The notes under the pieces were generated by a model that was not told the DNA's origin, made no database searches, and saw nothing but the letters and a program-made list of their open reading frames with translations. Below, piece by piece: positions 22,576-34,705 of a DNA stretch of 38,433 nucleotides (positions within the stretch are counted from its first letter, which is position 1; every line of letters begins with the position of its first letter). Location: the NCBI RefSeq assembly GCF_004010195.1, contig NC_057755.1, positions 6,431,474-6,469,906 of the forward strand, read 5' to 3'. The position numbers were made by a program, and so were the translations under genes. This stretch comes from Chiloscyllium plagiosum. Taxonomy: Eukaryota.

Positions 22576-22619
22576 AATGTTTGATCCTCCGTCCCCTTGC
22601 AATTAAATGGCATTCCCAT

Positions 22620-23250
22620 CACTGGAACCTCACTAGCTACATCCTGAGGGCTACCATTGGCCAGAAACTAAACTGGACTCACCTCAACAACAGAGTGACT
22701 GCAAGAGCAGGCCAGAGGCTGGGAATATTGTTGACAGTAACTCACCTACTGACTCCCCGAAGCCTGTCCCACCATCTGCAAGACACAAGGCAGAAGTGTG
22801 ATGGAATATTCCTCACTTGTCCTGGATGGGGACAGCTCCAACAAACACTTGAAAAGCTCACCGCCGTGCAAGACAAAGCAACCCCTGCCTGATTGGCACC
22901 ACATCCATAAATATCCATTACCTTCACCACCGATGTTCAGCAGCAGCAGTGTGTACTATCTACAAGATGCACTGCAGAAATCGGTGATTCTCAAACAGCA
23001 CCTTCCAAACCCATGGACACTTTCATCTAGAAGGACAAGGCAACAGATACATGGGAACACCATCCTCTGCAACTTCCTCTGGGAGCCTTTTATGCCATTT
23101 TGACTTAGTGAAATGTCACCTTTATTGTCACTGGGTCAGAATCCTGAAACACTTTCCCAAAGGGACATTGTGGGTTTTACTGATAGCACACAGACCACAT
23201 CGGTTCAGGAAAGCAGTTTACTCCCACCTTCTCCAGGAGCAATTAGGGAC
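22620..23250 (+). mobile_element. LINE 3' fragment (CR1/L2 group, different family)
   Basis: QKLNWTHLN...ARAGQRLGIL and MEYS-like motifs; a reverse-complement relative lies at 28580-28825. Confidence 0.55.
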
Positions 23251-23384
23251 TGAGAAGGGGTGGGGGTGGGGCAGGATGGTCTCAACAGTTAGAGTCATCC
23301 CACTAAGTGAATATAATAAAGTGGGGCTTTATACAGTTCTCATGCATGGGGATACATCTTGACTTTTCCATTTATCTGCTCTCA

Positions 23385-23585
23385 CATCCTGGTGGCTTTA
23401 TGATGCAGAGTGAAGCCAACGGTGTGGGTTCAACTCCCACAAGGGGGCTGGGGTTACCATAAATGACTTATCTCTCAATCTCTCCCCCTCACCTGAGACC
23501 CAGTGACTCTCAGGATAAACCACCATGAGATCTCTCGATTGCGGGGCAGCCCTTTGATCTGCTGAGGCTCTAGCAACGTTACCTT
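23385..23585 (+). mobile_element. Possible old tRNA-derived SINE
   Basis: B-box-like ggttcaactccc near 23427 followed by a SINE-like body; family not established. Confidence 0.35.
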
Positions 23586-24466
23586 GATTCTGTCTTTTAT
23601 TGTCTGTAAGATAGGGTCATTATATCTCCACTGCTGCAGCCTGGAACTAGAGACAGAGGCTCAGGGTAAGGTGCAGGCCAAGTATGGCTGGAATGGTAAT
23701 TCCTTCACTTCAGAAGGTGGTGTATCTTTAGAATTCTCTTCCGCAGACAGCCATCAGTCAGTGAGTGTGCTTTGACGTGAGTTGATAATTGCTTCTTTCT
23801 GGAGACAAGTATGAAAATAACATGGGAAAGTGGCATTGAGACAAATGATAGGTCATGATATCATGGAATAGAAGGCTGTCTCCACTCATATTGAAGATAG
23901 GCACAGATTTACCATAATCTGCAAAAGAGGAAAATGCGCCATGGGGGGAATAAAAGTACTTGGTCATGCATTGAGAAGTTCTGTCCAGCACTGTGGTAGT
24001 GTCATGAGGAGTGTATTCAACTGTTGCAGTGAAGGGAATTGCAGGCTTTCTGATGAGCAGCAGAGGGCGCCTGTGGCTCAGCCTGGGATCCGTCAGCTTC
24101 TCATTGATGTCCAGCTCCGCCTCGTGGCTGCAGTAGGGGTTGCAACGCACCACCTCCCACCTCCGCCCCCCCCCCCCCCCCCCCCCCGCCACCCCGCCAT
24201 TCTTCCTCACGCCCACTCTTCTCTGCAACTCTTTGTATTTCTCACTGGATTTCACGATTCCAGTAAATTCTGTCACACACGTATCAGATAGTCCCAATGC
24301 ACTTGCTGAGGGTCTTGGCACCATGAATATTTCACATTCAATTTCACAAGGTGACCCAAAACATGGCAAATAAAAAGAACTAGATTTTAAGTAGCAAGTT
24401 AATTGGGAGACAGACACAGAGTCATACAGACCCTTCGGTCCAACCAGTCCACATTCACAAACTAAA

Positions 24467-25286
24467 TTAATCCCGACCCAGATGGGATTTCACATTGGCC
24501 CCAAGGACCCATACTTCCTGCGGGATCCTGTGCCGCCTCTGGAATTTTAATTTTGCCACATGTAACGTCTGGCCCTGTATTGACAGCTGCTGCACACTTA
24601 CCACCTCTTTTCACTCGTCCACCACCGAGACACGCTTTGTCATGCCCATTTGCCACCGGGAGATGGAGATCCCCAATTGAGGTCTCTCTACATGGTCGTC
24701 CTCATCCTTTCTGGGATCTGGGGTGGAGGGTGCTGCAGTCCCCTGCAGCCGCAGATTGTGGTGGTTCACGGACTCCAAGCCCAACTGCTTGTCCTGTGGG
24801 GACGGTGAACTGTGTGTATATTGGGTGAGGGCACTTACACTCCCTTTAAAAACCTTCTCCTCTGCTTTTGTTTGCACTTCAATCCCACACTCCTGATCGC
24901 TAGACACTCGGTGTGAAGGGTAATTCAGAGGATCGCCTTGTGGATCAGCTCCTGGACAAACTGGCCATAAGCAGCTCCAGGCAGCGGGCCATGGAAGGGG
25001 TCGTTAGGGCTGATTGCCTGCCCCTCTTCTACGGTTATGTCAGAGCCCTGGTATCCCTGGAGAAAGAGCATGTGGTGTTCACCAACAGCCTCGAGATTTT
25101 CAGGGAAAGGTGGGCACCACAGGGAGTGGGATGCATTATTTCCCACACCAACTCCAATTTGATTTAAACCCTCGCCCCCCCTTCACTGTTTGATCACACA
25201 GCATTGCCCTCTGAGAAGGACACTGCTTGTCACTGGCCACTCCCGTGTTTCCTCTCTTCCTGCTGGTGGAAAAAAAAAGAGAAACA
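24467..25286 (+). mobile_element. L1/Tx1-clade LINE 3' fragment with poly(A)
   Basis: DLGWRVL, a decayed C-x-x-C zinc knuckle, and KLAI..SRQRA.EGVVRADCLPLF.GYVRA.VSLEKEH...FRERWAPQGV. A-rich tail at 25270-25286; aaactaaa direct repeat at 24459-24466 and 25287-25294. Confidence 0.75.
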
Positions 25287-25404
25287 AAACTAAACTAGTC
25301 CCGCCTCCATATGCTGGGCCTACATCCATGCAAACATTTCATCGCCATGAATTTTTTCAAGATGTCTTCTTCACGTCATACCTGCATCTGCATCCACCAC
25401 TTAA

Positions 25405-26120
25405 AGTCATAGAGATGTACAACACAGAAACAGACTGTTCAGCTCAACTCATCCATGCCAACCTGACATCCTCAATTAATCTCGTCCCAATTGGACCATA
25501 TCCCTCTAAACCCTTCCTATTCGTATTCCCATCCAGATGTTTTTCAAATGCTGTCATTTTACCAGCCTCCACCCCTTCCTCTGGCAGCTCATTCCATACA
25601 TGCTCCACCCTTGACATGGAAAGGTACTCACTTTGGTCCATTTTTACGTCTTTGCCTACTCACCCTCAACCTATGTCCTCTCATTCTGGACTCCACCACC
25701 CCAGGGAAAACACCTTGTCAACTTACTCTATCCATTCCCCTCACACTTTTGTAAACCTCTATAAGGTCATCCCTCGGCCTCCGACGCTCCAGGGGAAAAA
25801 AGCGCCAGGCTATTCATGCTCTCACTACAACTCGAACCCTCCAGCCCTGGCAACATCCTTTTCCAAAACCTGTGAAGTTTCCCAACAACCTTCCTGTCGG
25901 AGGGAGACCAAAATTGCATACAATTGTCCAAAAGTGGCCAAACCAATGTCCTGCACAGCCATAACATGACATCCCCACTCCTATACTCAATGCACTGACC
26001 AACAAAGGAAAGCATACCAAACACCTTGTTCACTCTTCTACCTACCTATGGTCCCACTTGCAAGGAAATATGAAACTGCACACGAAGGTCTCTTTACTCA
26101 GCAAAGCAGCCCAGGACCTT
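25405..26120 (-). mobile_element. CR1 3' fragment
   Basis: KVFGMLSFVGQCIEYRS...LDNCMQFWSP and VWNELPEE motifs. Confidence 0.88.
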
Positions 26121-27120
26121 TGCTCCATCTGATCTGTCTAATGACGGCACAGCTCTTGGATCTGCAAACATTCCGGCATCCTTCGATTTATTCTGTAATT
26201 CACTGTCTGTCTTCAGTACGAGGGAAGCATAAGGTATCAACATAGATCCTTTCATCCACTGCTCTGCTCCATTGGTAGGAACAGGCATATTAACACCAAT
26301 AAAACATTTCCAGCACAAACACTTATCAGAGCAAGGATCGAACAGTAAAATGTGAAGCCACCAGACTGAAGGACTTCTCAAATGACCAGAGAACAACTCA
26401 GCTTCAATCAAGAACTAATTTCTCATTATTTCACTGTTAACACGTGACATTTTCTGAGTGAAAACACTAATTGTTCCTGTTGACCGTTCCCTCATGACCC
26501 TCCGCCGGTTAACCAGGTAACAATTAGTACCATCGAAATGTTCTTTTGTGCCGCCAACAGTAAAAACAAACATCAAAAACAAAACAAAAGTCCAATTTAT
26601 TTTCAACTGATGAACCCAGCGTCTGGTGATGGTGGTAAGGGTGCAGCAGAAGATGCTCGAGACAGAAGGAACAAGATCATGTGTTTGAACATTCTACTCG
26701 ATGTGGAGCTTTGCAAAGAAAAATCCAACCGCACTTCTTTACCGTAATATTAATCAGGAATAAATGTTCAAGTTCGACACGTTCTCTCGAATGAGGAATT
26801 CAATAGGAAAATGATTCTGGTATTTATTTGTTTTAACAAGTTCGCACACGTAGTGACAAGATTCAAGTGCAACCCTGATCCGCCAACCCTCTCTCAAGGT
26901 CCCCTACTCCCTAATGGGATCTAATATTGACATTCCAACATTTCTGGGCCCATTTAATACAGAGATGAAGGGCAGCTGTGGCGGCATTCCGCAGTTCTGT
27001 TTCCACCAATTGTTAATGAAAGGACAGTGTTTTGATGAAGGACTGGATTCCCAAGGATTGAAAGGATTCCTCTTACTGTCAGAGGCCCGGGACCAATCTC
27101 AGTTATCCTGTCCCAGAGAA

Positions 27121-27317
27121 ATTAAAAATCACACAACACCAGGTTATAGTCCAACATGCTTAATTGGAAGCACCAGCTTTCAGAGCTCCACCCCTTCATC
27201 AGGACAAGCGCTCCAAAAGCAACTGCTTCCAATTAAACCTGTTGGACTATATACTGGTGTTGTGTGACTTTTAACTTTGTACACCCCAGTCCAACACCGG
27301 CATCTCCAAATCATTTC
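27121..27317. mobile_element. Hairpin Penelope-like insertion (second family) with 10-bp TSD
   Basis: tcccagagaa at 27111-27120 and 27318-27327; long inverted arms; minus-strand CTGATGA-A-GGGG-TGGAG-CTCT-GAAA-GCTG at 27174-27202. Confidence 0.8.
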
Positions 27318-27689
27318 TCCCAGAGAATGGGGGAGGAATTGGGGAGGTGGTGTGGTGTAGAAGGAGGGACCAGTCTCCCACCACAACCACCCAGGGCACG
27401 GGCAATGTCACCCTTTCCCAGAGAAGGGGGGGGGGGAGTAAAGAATGTGAAGGAGTGGGCAACATGAGGCAGTATCCAGGCACCCATCATGCCCGGTGGG
27501 GAATGGTCCACAATTTCTCTTCGCGCCCCATTCCCCCAAACACCCTTGTGACAGTGTAAGTGCCAGGGTGAATGACAGTGCCGCCCCATCCCCACCCCGT
27601 GACAACAGTGCCATCGCACTGACTCTGGCTGCCCACCGCCCCCTCGCTGCCCGCCATCCGTAAACCACACCCACCACCCCCAAAGAATT

Positions 27690-27795
27690 TTCCAGGCAAC
27701 CAATCACTTTATTGAAATGTAGCCAAGTGTTGTAGTGTAGGAAAGACGGCAGCAGCTGATTCACACACAGCAAGATCCCACAAACCCGCAACGCG
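27690..27795 (-). mobile_element. DeuSINE-like (SacSINE1/AmnSINE1-type) fragment
   Basis: Reverse complement contains TGTGGGATCTTGCTGTGTG...CTGCCGTCTTTCCTACACTACAACAC; recognised from memory of this SINE group. Confidence 0.5.
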
Positions 27796-28359
27796 ATATA
27801 GACACCTCCCCATCGGAACTTCCATATGTCGCTTTCCCAATGACTGCGTGGGTGGGTGGGTGGGAGTCTGTGAACTTTGGGGCGCTGGGTTTGAGGGATA
27901 GTTCGTGGGAAGCTGTGTTCATTCGAGTGCGGGGGTTGAGGAAGATGAAGACATAGGAGGCGGAGGAGGAGGAGGAGGAGGAGGAGGACAGAGGACGAGG
28001 GAAAACCCACACAAATGGCCCCCAGCTCCACACCGCATACCCCACTGCCCCCCCTCTTTCACCCAGCCTCTGCCTGGTGGTCAGCTTCACCACCAACCCT
28101 CCCCCACCTATGTCGCTTGTCCGAAAGACTCTGCAACCCCTCCCCAAAACCCAGGTAACGTTTACCTCTACGCAGGTAGTGCCAGTGATGCTGGGTCAAT
28201 ACTCCGACTGAAATGAGTTGGGAAATTTTGATTATTTGCATGTTGCAATTCAAATGTGAAACAAGAATCCAATGTGCTGAATGGAAAATTGAAATGTTAT
28301 GTGGAGTGTGATTTTCTCATCAATTCCTTCTTCAACGGGGCATTGATTATAAAGCACAG

Positions 28360-28825
28360 CAGAACCATAAGTTATCGGAGCAGAAATTAGGCCGTTCAGC
28401 CCATTTTGTCTTTCCGCCATTCAGTCATGACTGATAAGTTCCTCAATCCCATTCTCACGCTTGATCTCCATAAAACTTGAACCCCTTGATATTCAAAAAC
28501 CTATCCATGTCAGTCTTCCATATATTAAATGCCCTGGCCTCCACTGCTTTCTGTGGCAATTATTTCCATAGATTACAAAGTAACCCTTGAGAATATGGTG
28601 CTGAGCTGCCTTCTTGTACTGCTGTAGCCCATGTGCTGTAGGTAGATCCACAATGTTGTTAAGGAACATCTTCGAGTGTTTTGACCCAGCATCACTGATA
28701 TAGCAGCAATATACTTCGACGTCAGCATGGTGAGTGGCTTGAAGGGGACCTTGCAATTCGTGGTGCTGGTATGCATCTCCTGTCCCAGTCCTTTTAGATG
28801 GCGGAGTTTGTGGATTGCTGTCATA
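28360..28825 (-). mobile_element. Nested old LINE 3' fragments
   Basis: CR1-type UTR at 28360-28575 interrupted by a fragment of the family seen at 22620-23250. Confidence 0.5.
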
Positions 28826-29117
28826 GGATGAATATGTTATCTATTTCTAATGCTGTGTGTTTTGAAGAGATAACACTTCTCATCCTTCTAAATTCCAACG
28901 AGTTGATTCGCAACCTTTGCTCATAAGAAATCCCAGCACAGTGGAGGTCATTCTTGAGAAATAAAATAAAGAGCCGTGGACGCTGAAGATCTGAATACAT
29001 TGCTGGAGAAAGTCAACAGGTCTGCTGGCAAGAAAACAAGATTAGTTTTCTAAAGAAAAGTCACTAAACTCGAAAGTTAACTTTGTTTTTTTTCTGTCCC
29101 TCCACAGGCATGTTGAG

Positions 29118-29522
29118 CTCATAGTCTTGGAGTCGTATAGCACGGAACCAGACCCGACAGCACAACTCATTCATGCTGACGAAAATATCCTTTATTAATC
29201 TAGTACCATTTGACTGTATTTGGCCCATATCCCTCTAAACCTTCCCAATAATTTCCCAATCCGGTTGCCTTTTAAATGTTGAAATTGTGCCAGCCACCTC
29301 CACTTCCCCGGCAACTCGATCCATACGTGCAACACCCTCTCCCTGAAAAGGTTGCCCCTCAGGTCCCTTTTAATTCTTTCCCTTGTCACTATAAACCGAT
29401 ACTGTCTCGTTTTGTATATACCCGTCCTGGGGAAAAGACCTTATCTGTTCACACTGTCCACGCCCCTCATGATTTTCTCACCTTCATTAAGGTCACCCCA
29501 CGTCCCCCCATGTTCTCCAGCA
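29118..29522 (-). mobile_element. CR1 3' fragment
   Basis: KRDLRGNLF...HVWIELP motif and UTR. Confidence 0.8.
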
Positions 29523-29741
29523 AATTCTGGGTTTGACGTTATCGAAGCACTGTGCAGGAGAGCCGAATAATGTGGATACAGCAGTGGGCTGGAGGGCCGA
29601 GCGGACTGGACAGTTGTTGGACTCGGGAAGTCAGCGGCTCACTAGCCCGGGCACACCACATGTGGAAGTCCCCTGCACTGATCCACTGCAAGACCACAAT
29701 ACTGAACTTTACAACTTTACTCCAACTACACTGCAACACTG

Positions 29742-29907
29742 AAAAATGTGTTGCTGGAAAAGCGCAGCAGGTCAGGCAGCATCAAAGGAGCAGGAGAATC
29801 GACCTTTCAGGCATAAGCCCTTCCTTTGATGCTGCCTGACCTGCTGCGCTTTTCCAGCAACACATTTTTCAGCTGTGATCTCCAGCATCTGCAGTCCTCA
29901 CTTTCTC
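29742..29907. mobile_element. Hairpin Penelope-like insertion with 16-bp TSD
   Basis: ctacact(g/t)caacactg at 29726-29741 and 29908-29923; 51-bp inverted repeat at 29739-29789 and 29822-29872. Confidence 0.82.
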
Positions 29908-30096
29908 CTACACTTCAACACTGCCAAATATACACTATGAAAAGAATTGAAACATATTAACCTTTGCGAGTGTTATGTGGGCAGCAATAAAATGTGCTCA
30001 ACATCATGGTTCCCAGCTTCTGGGAGAACGTTTTAGGAGACTTAAAACAGATCACGTTTAAACATGTTAAGAATTGATTGCTCAGAGACAACATTA

Positions 30097-30161
30097 CGAA
30101 CACGTGAACGCTGGAACGTCAGATCAAGAGTGTGATGCTTTACTGAATAAACTATCAGGGC
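30097..30161 (-). pseudogene. tRNA-Lys pseudogene, highly degenerate
   Basis: cgaacacgtgaacgctggaacgtcagatcaagagtgtgatgctttactgaataaactatcagggc aligns with a small deletion; homologous flanks. Confidence 0.7.
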
Positions 30162-30820
30162 TCGCGGCTGCATATGAAATCAGCAACACTCACTGGTGAA
30201 TGGAGAATGGACCCATTGATTTTCTTAGTTCTTCACGTGTTTTTCGAACACATTTCCTTTCTCACTGCTTCTATCGACTTGCACAACGCATTCACAACTG
30301 CATTTTACCAACACAGCAACTTATCTCACATCCGACAACAATTCTACACTCTCTTATCCTTTTCTTTCTGTGCAGTTGTCTTGCAGGTTGCTTCCTGAAA
30401 GCAAAAAAAAAAGAATTCTTTGCTTCCTGCTCAACCCTTCCAAACTCATTCACAACAAGAAAGACAGAAAGTGCTGGTAAAAACTCAACAACTCTGGCAC
30501 CGTCTGTTGAGATAAAACACGGTTAATGTTTCCAGCCCAGTGTCCCTTCTTCACAAATCCCAACTTGGAAGTCACAACAAGCTGCTTTCTGAAAACAATC
30601 CAATCTTGCAAATGGCGGCAGTCAGAGCATGTCAAGCAAAACACACGATATGTAGGTGCCACTGTTGGATTGTGCTGGACAAAGCCAAAATTCGCACTTC
30701 ACCGGATTATAGTCCAACAGGTATATTTGAACTCAACAGGAAGGAGAGTAAGCGATCTGAACAAGGGCTGGTGTTCCAAAAGCTTGTGGTTTCAAACAAA
30801 ACAAGAACACTTCTATAACC

Positions 30821-30861
30821 CTGCTTTGCATGCAGAAGGTCCTGGGCTCGACCCCCAGTGA
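30821..30861 (+). pseudogene. tRNA-Val 3' fragment
   Basis: ctgctttgcatgcagaaggtcctgggctcgacccccagtg matches the Val(TAC) anticodon and T arms at the homologous unit position; 5' part deleted. Confidence 0.7.
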
Positions 30862-30979
30862 CCCCCAGTTGGGAAATATGATTACTTTCATGTTGCAATT
30901 CAAATGTGAAGCAAGAACCCAAAACTGAATCGAAAGATCTACATCTTAGGTGAAGGCCCATGTGGGCCAGACAGTCAGA

Positions 30980-31610
30980 GAGTCATAGACATGTACAGCA
31001 CGGAAACAGACCGTTCCTTCCAACCTGTCCATGCCGAGTAGATATCCCAACCCAATCTAGTCCCACCTGCCAGCACCCGGCCCATATCCCTCCAAATCCT
31101 CCTGTGGGAAGAATAGAATGAACTTTGAAAGTGCTCAGAAAAGATTTGCAAGAACGTTGCCTGAGTTCAAGGGTTTGAGCTGCAGGAAGAGGCTGAAATG
31201 GCTGGGACTGTTTTCTCTGGAGTGTCGGAAGCTGCGGGGTGACCCGATAGAGGTTTATAAAATCATGAGGGGCTTGGTGAGGGTAAATAGACAAGGTCTT
31301 TTCCCTGGGGTGGCGGAGACAAGATCTTAAGGACATAAATTTAGGTGAAAGGGGAAAGATTTAAAAGGGACCTAAAGGGCATTTTTTTTCAGGTAGTGAA
31401 TGGTGCGTGTATGTGAATGTGCTGCCGGAGCAAGTGGTGGAGGCTGGTTCAATTACAATATTTAAAAGGCATTGGATGGGCGCATGGACAGGAAATGATT
31501 AGAGGGATACGGACAAGGTGCTGGCAAATGGAACGATATCTGGTCTGCATGAACGAGTTGGTCGAAGGGTCTGTTTCCATTCTGTACAAAGCTGTGAACC
31601 CATGACTCTA
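30980..31610. mobile_element. Two fused CR1 3' fragments (minus 30980-31100, plus 31101-31610)
   Basis: Minus-strand UTR joined to plus-strand QKRFARTLP...LGLFSLECRKLRGDPIEVYKIM. Confidence 0.8.
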
Positions 31611-32260
31611 ACAATTTGCTAGACACAGCACATTAATGTCTCAGATGGAACGACCATTATCTTGCCTTTCTTCAGACTGGGAAATTTGAAAGTGTTTGAA
31701 AACACAACCTGTGCCGGCACCCGAACCAAGGGCTCTCAGAGACAGATTAGAAAGTAGGAGATCTGAAAGGTTCACATTTCGGCCTTCGGTCAGTATCTAA
31801 CCTGTTCGGAAACAAAAAAACGAAATGACGAAGGAATCTGAGTCAAACACTTGAGAAAGAGTCACTCGCCTCAAAATGTGGTTTCTCTCCACCGATGCTA
31901 CCAAAGCTGCTCAGCTTTTCCAGCGATTTCTGATGTTGGTTCTGATTGCCAGCATCCGCACTTCTTTCGGCTTCTATCTCCTCTCTCCAGTGTGTTTCTG
32001 TATCACAGCCATTTCCACACACTTTCCACAGTTCAAGGACAAAAATAGCACTTCAACTCTCCCAAATAAATACGACGGAAGGATTTGAAACATTTTAAGC
32101 TGCGGGAGTGTTATGGGGGCGGTACTAAGAATGAGTTCGAGCTCAGCTAGTCTGCTGTTTCTGGGCATTTTTGTCTTTTGAGACTTCAAGCAAATCAGGT
32201 TTCAATGTGTCGTGCATCGATGGTTTTGACACAGGCTGGAGAACTCCGATTTAGGAGCAG

Positions 32261-32333
32261 CGCCTGAATAAGGACTTGAACCCTGGACCCTCAGATTAAA
32301 AGTTGGATGCTCCACTGACTGAGCCATCCATAA
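32261..32333 (-). pseudogene. tRNA-Lys(TTT) pseudogene with intact B box and anticodon loop
   Basis: 73-nt colinear copy. The 5' acceptor strand (TTATGGA) no longer pairs properly with the 3' strand, and the terminator is mutated. Confidence 0.85.
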
Positions 32334-33055
32334 CCGCGCTGATGCTAACGCAGGGGCATACACTGGCGAACAGAGAATATTGCATGGATTTAATTTTATC
32401 TTTGTGAACTTGTCGCATTCACGTTTTTTTTTCACACTGCTTCGCCCGACACCCACAATCACATTTCACCGGCACCAACGCATCTCCGATCCTGCACCAA
32501 TTCCAAATTCCCTCATCTGTTTTTCTTTCTCTGCGGTTGGCTTGCACGCTGCTTCCTGAACTCAAAAGATAACTTCATCACTTCCAACTCAAGCCTTCCA
32601 AACGCATTCACAACAAGAATGGACGGGTTGGACTGAAGGGTCTGTTTCCATGCCGTACACCTCTTTGACTCTATGACTCTAAGGTCACAAATTGCTCGTG
32701 AAAAACAACACCTCTGGCAGCAACTATCCAGAGAAAAACACGGTCAATGTTTCCAGTCCAGTGAGACTTCTTCACAAATCAGAACAAATTGCTCTCTAAA
32801 AACAGCTCCACCTTCCAAATGGCTGCAAACAGAACCTCTCAAGCAAAACGCATGACATCTATGTGCCGCCGTTGGTCTGGGCTGGACAAAGTCAAAAATC
32901 ACACCACACTGGGTCAGTGTCCAACAGGTTTATATGAATCCACAGGAAGGACAGCGAACGAACTGAAGAAGGAGTGAGGCCCCGAAAGTTTCTGGTTTCA
33001 AATCGAGTAAAACTCAGGCACCGGCGTTTCACAGGTTTGCACAGCTGGCTGTCCC

Positions 33056-33116
33056 GGTTCCAGAGTGCAGTGGTTAACGCATCTGCTTGCTCTGAGTTCC
33101 CGTGCCAGAGGAACCA
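33056..33116 (+). pseudogene. tRNA-Val pseudogene with anticodon-arm deletion
   Basis: ggttccagagtgcagtggtt...ccagaggaacca, 61 nt, same deletion as 7748-7808. Confidence 0.8.
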
Positions 33117-33299
33117 TTGCGTTTTGCACCACGTTGACATGAAGTGAGTTGGGAAATTGCGATTGTGATTTGCAGGCGGCAATTCTAATGCGAACCAATT
33201 ATCCAACACGCTGAATCGAGAGATGGACTTGTCACACAGCTCTCACGTCAATTCCTTCTTCAATGGCGCATTGAGTATGAATGTTCGCTTGTTCTGATA

Positions 33300-33860
33300 C
33301 AGCTGGTAATGACTTGGATGAAGCTTTTGTTAGACCATATTTAGAGCACTGTGTGGTGGTTTCGGCACCACACTATAGTGAGGCGCTGCAGGCGAAGCAA
33401 AGGGTGTTTATCAGGATATAGTCTGCAGTGGTGTGCCTTGTCGAGAAGGAGCAGGAGGACAGACTTGGATTGTTCTTTGCCAGAGCTGCTGGCCGACCTG
33501 ATCGAACTCTGTACAATGAGGAGTGGCATGGATACGGTGGAGGGTCTGATTCTTTTTTCCCCGAGGGTGGAAATGACAAATGTTACTGGACATACGTTTA
33601 AGGTGAGAAACAGAAAATTAAAACTGGGGTCTGCAAGGACAGCTATTTATATAGAAGCTTTAGTTGAGTTGAATGTTCTGCCAGTGCAAGTGGTAGAAGC
33701 ACATACTCCAGTAACGATTAAGAAGCGTTTAGACAGACGCATGACGAGGCAGAGAATAGAGATACTGTGTGTAGGCAGGTACGGTTAGTTTCAAATGTCA
33801 TCATGTTTGGCTCAAGGATGGTGGGCCGAAGGGCCTGTTGCTGTGCTGTAGTGTTGCGTG
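33300..33860 (+). mobile_element. Old CR1 3' fragment
   Basis: Paralog of 4925-5490; FSPRVEMTNVTGHTFKV motif. Confidence 0.65.
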
Positions 33861-33944
33861 AGTAGGATATCAGTGATTGATGTGTTCAAAGCTGAAGTAA
33901 AAAGAATTTTGATAGCCAACGTTGTTGGCAATGAGATTAGACAT

Positions 33945-34705
33945 TGTGCACTAAATGGAAAAATGGTGGGGAGTGTTGCTGAACAAATGTACCTTGCAGT
34001 GCAGGCTCTTGTTACTTGAATGTGGAGCAGCAGGTAGCTAGGATAGTCAAGAAGGCGTTTGGAATGCTTGCCTTTGTTTTTCAAAGTGTTGAGTATAGGA
34101 GTTGGGAGGTCATGTTGTACAGTTGTACGTGATATTGGTTCGGCCACTTTTGGAACGTTTTGTGCAAATCAGGTTTCCCTCCTGTCGGAAGAATGAAATG
34201 AAACTTGAAAGGGCTCAGAAAAGATTTGCAAGAACGTGGCCTGGGTTCGAGGGTTTGAGCTACAAGAAGAGGCTGAAAAGGCTGGAGCTGTTTTCTCTGG
34301 AGTGTCTGAGGCTGAGAGGTGACCTCACAGAGGTTTATAAAATCACGAGGGGCATGGATAGGGCAAATATACAAGGTATTTTCCCTGGGGTGGGGGCGTC
34401 CAGAGCTAAAGGACATAAAATTAGGTGAAAAGGGCAAGATTTAAAAAGGACCCGAGGAACATTTTTTTCCCGCAGAGAATGGTGTGTGTATGAGAATGAG
34501 CTGCCAGAGCAAGTGGTGGAGGCTGGTTCAGTTACATTATTTAAAAGGCATTGTGATGGGTGCATGGATAGGAAGGGTTTAGAGGGATACGGTCCACGTG
34601 CTGGCACGTAGGCCGAGATTAAGTTATGATATCGAGTCAGAATGACCTTGTTGGACCAAAGGGTCTGATTCCATCCTGTACAAAGCTGTGAACCCATGAC
34701 ACTAA
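33945..34705 (+). mobile_element. CR1 3' fragment
   Basis: LVRPLLE...LERAQKRFAR...LFSLECLRLRGDLTEVYKI. Confidence 0.88.

Noticed and set aside
30980..31610. Possible twin-priming inversion of CR1
   Set aside because: Both fragments have their own 3' tails pointing outward and correspond to CR1 pieces seen in other units, so a deletion fusing adjacent units is simpler.
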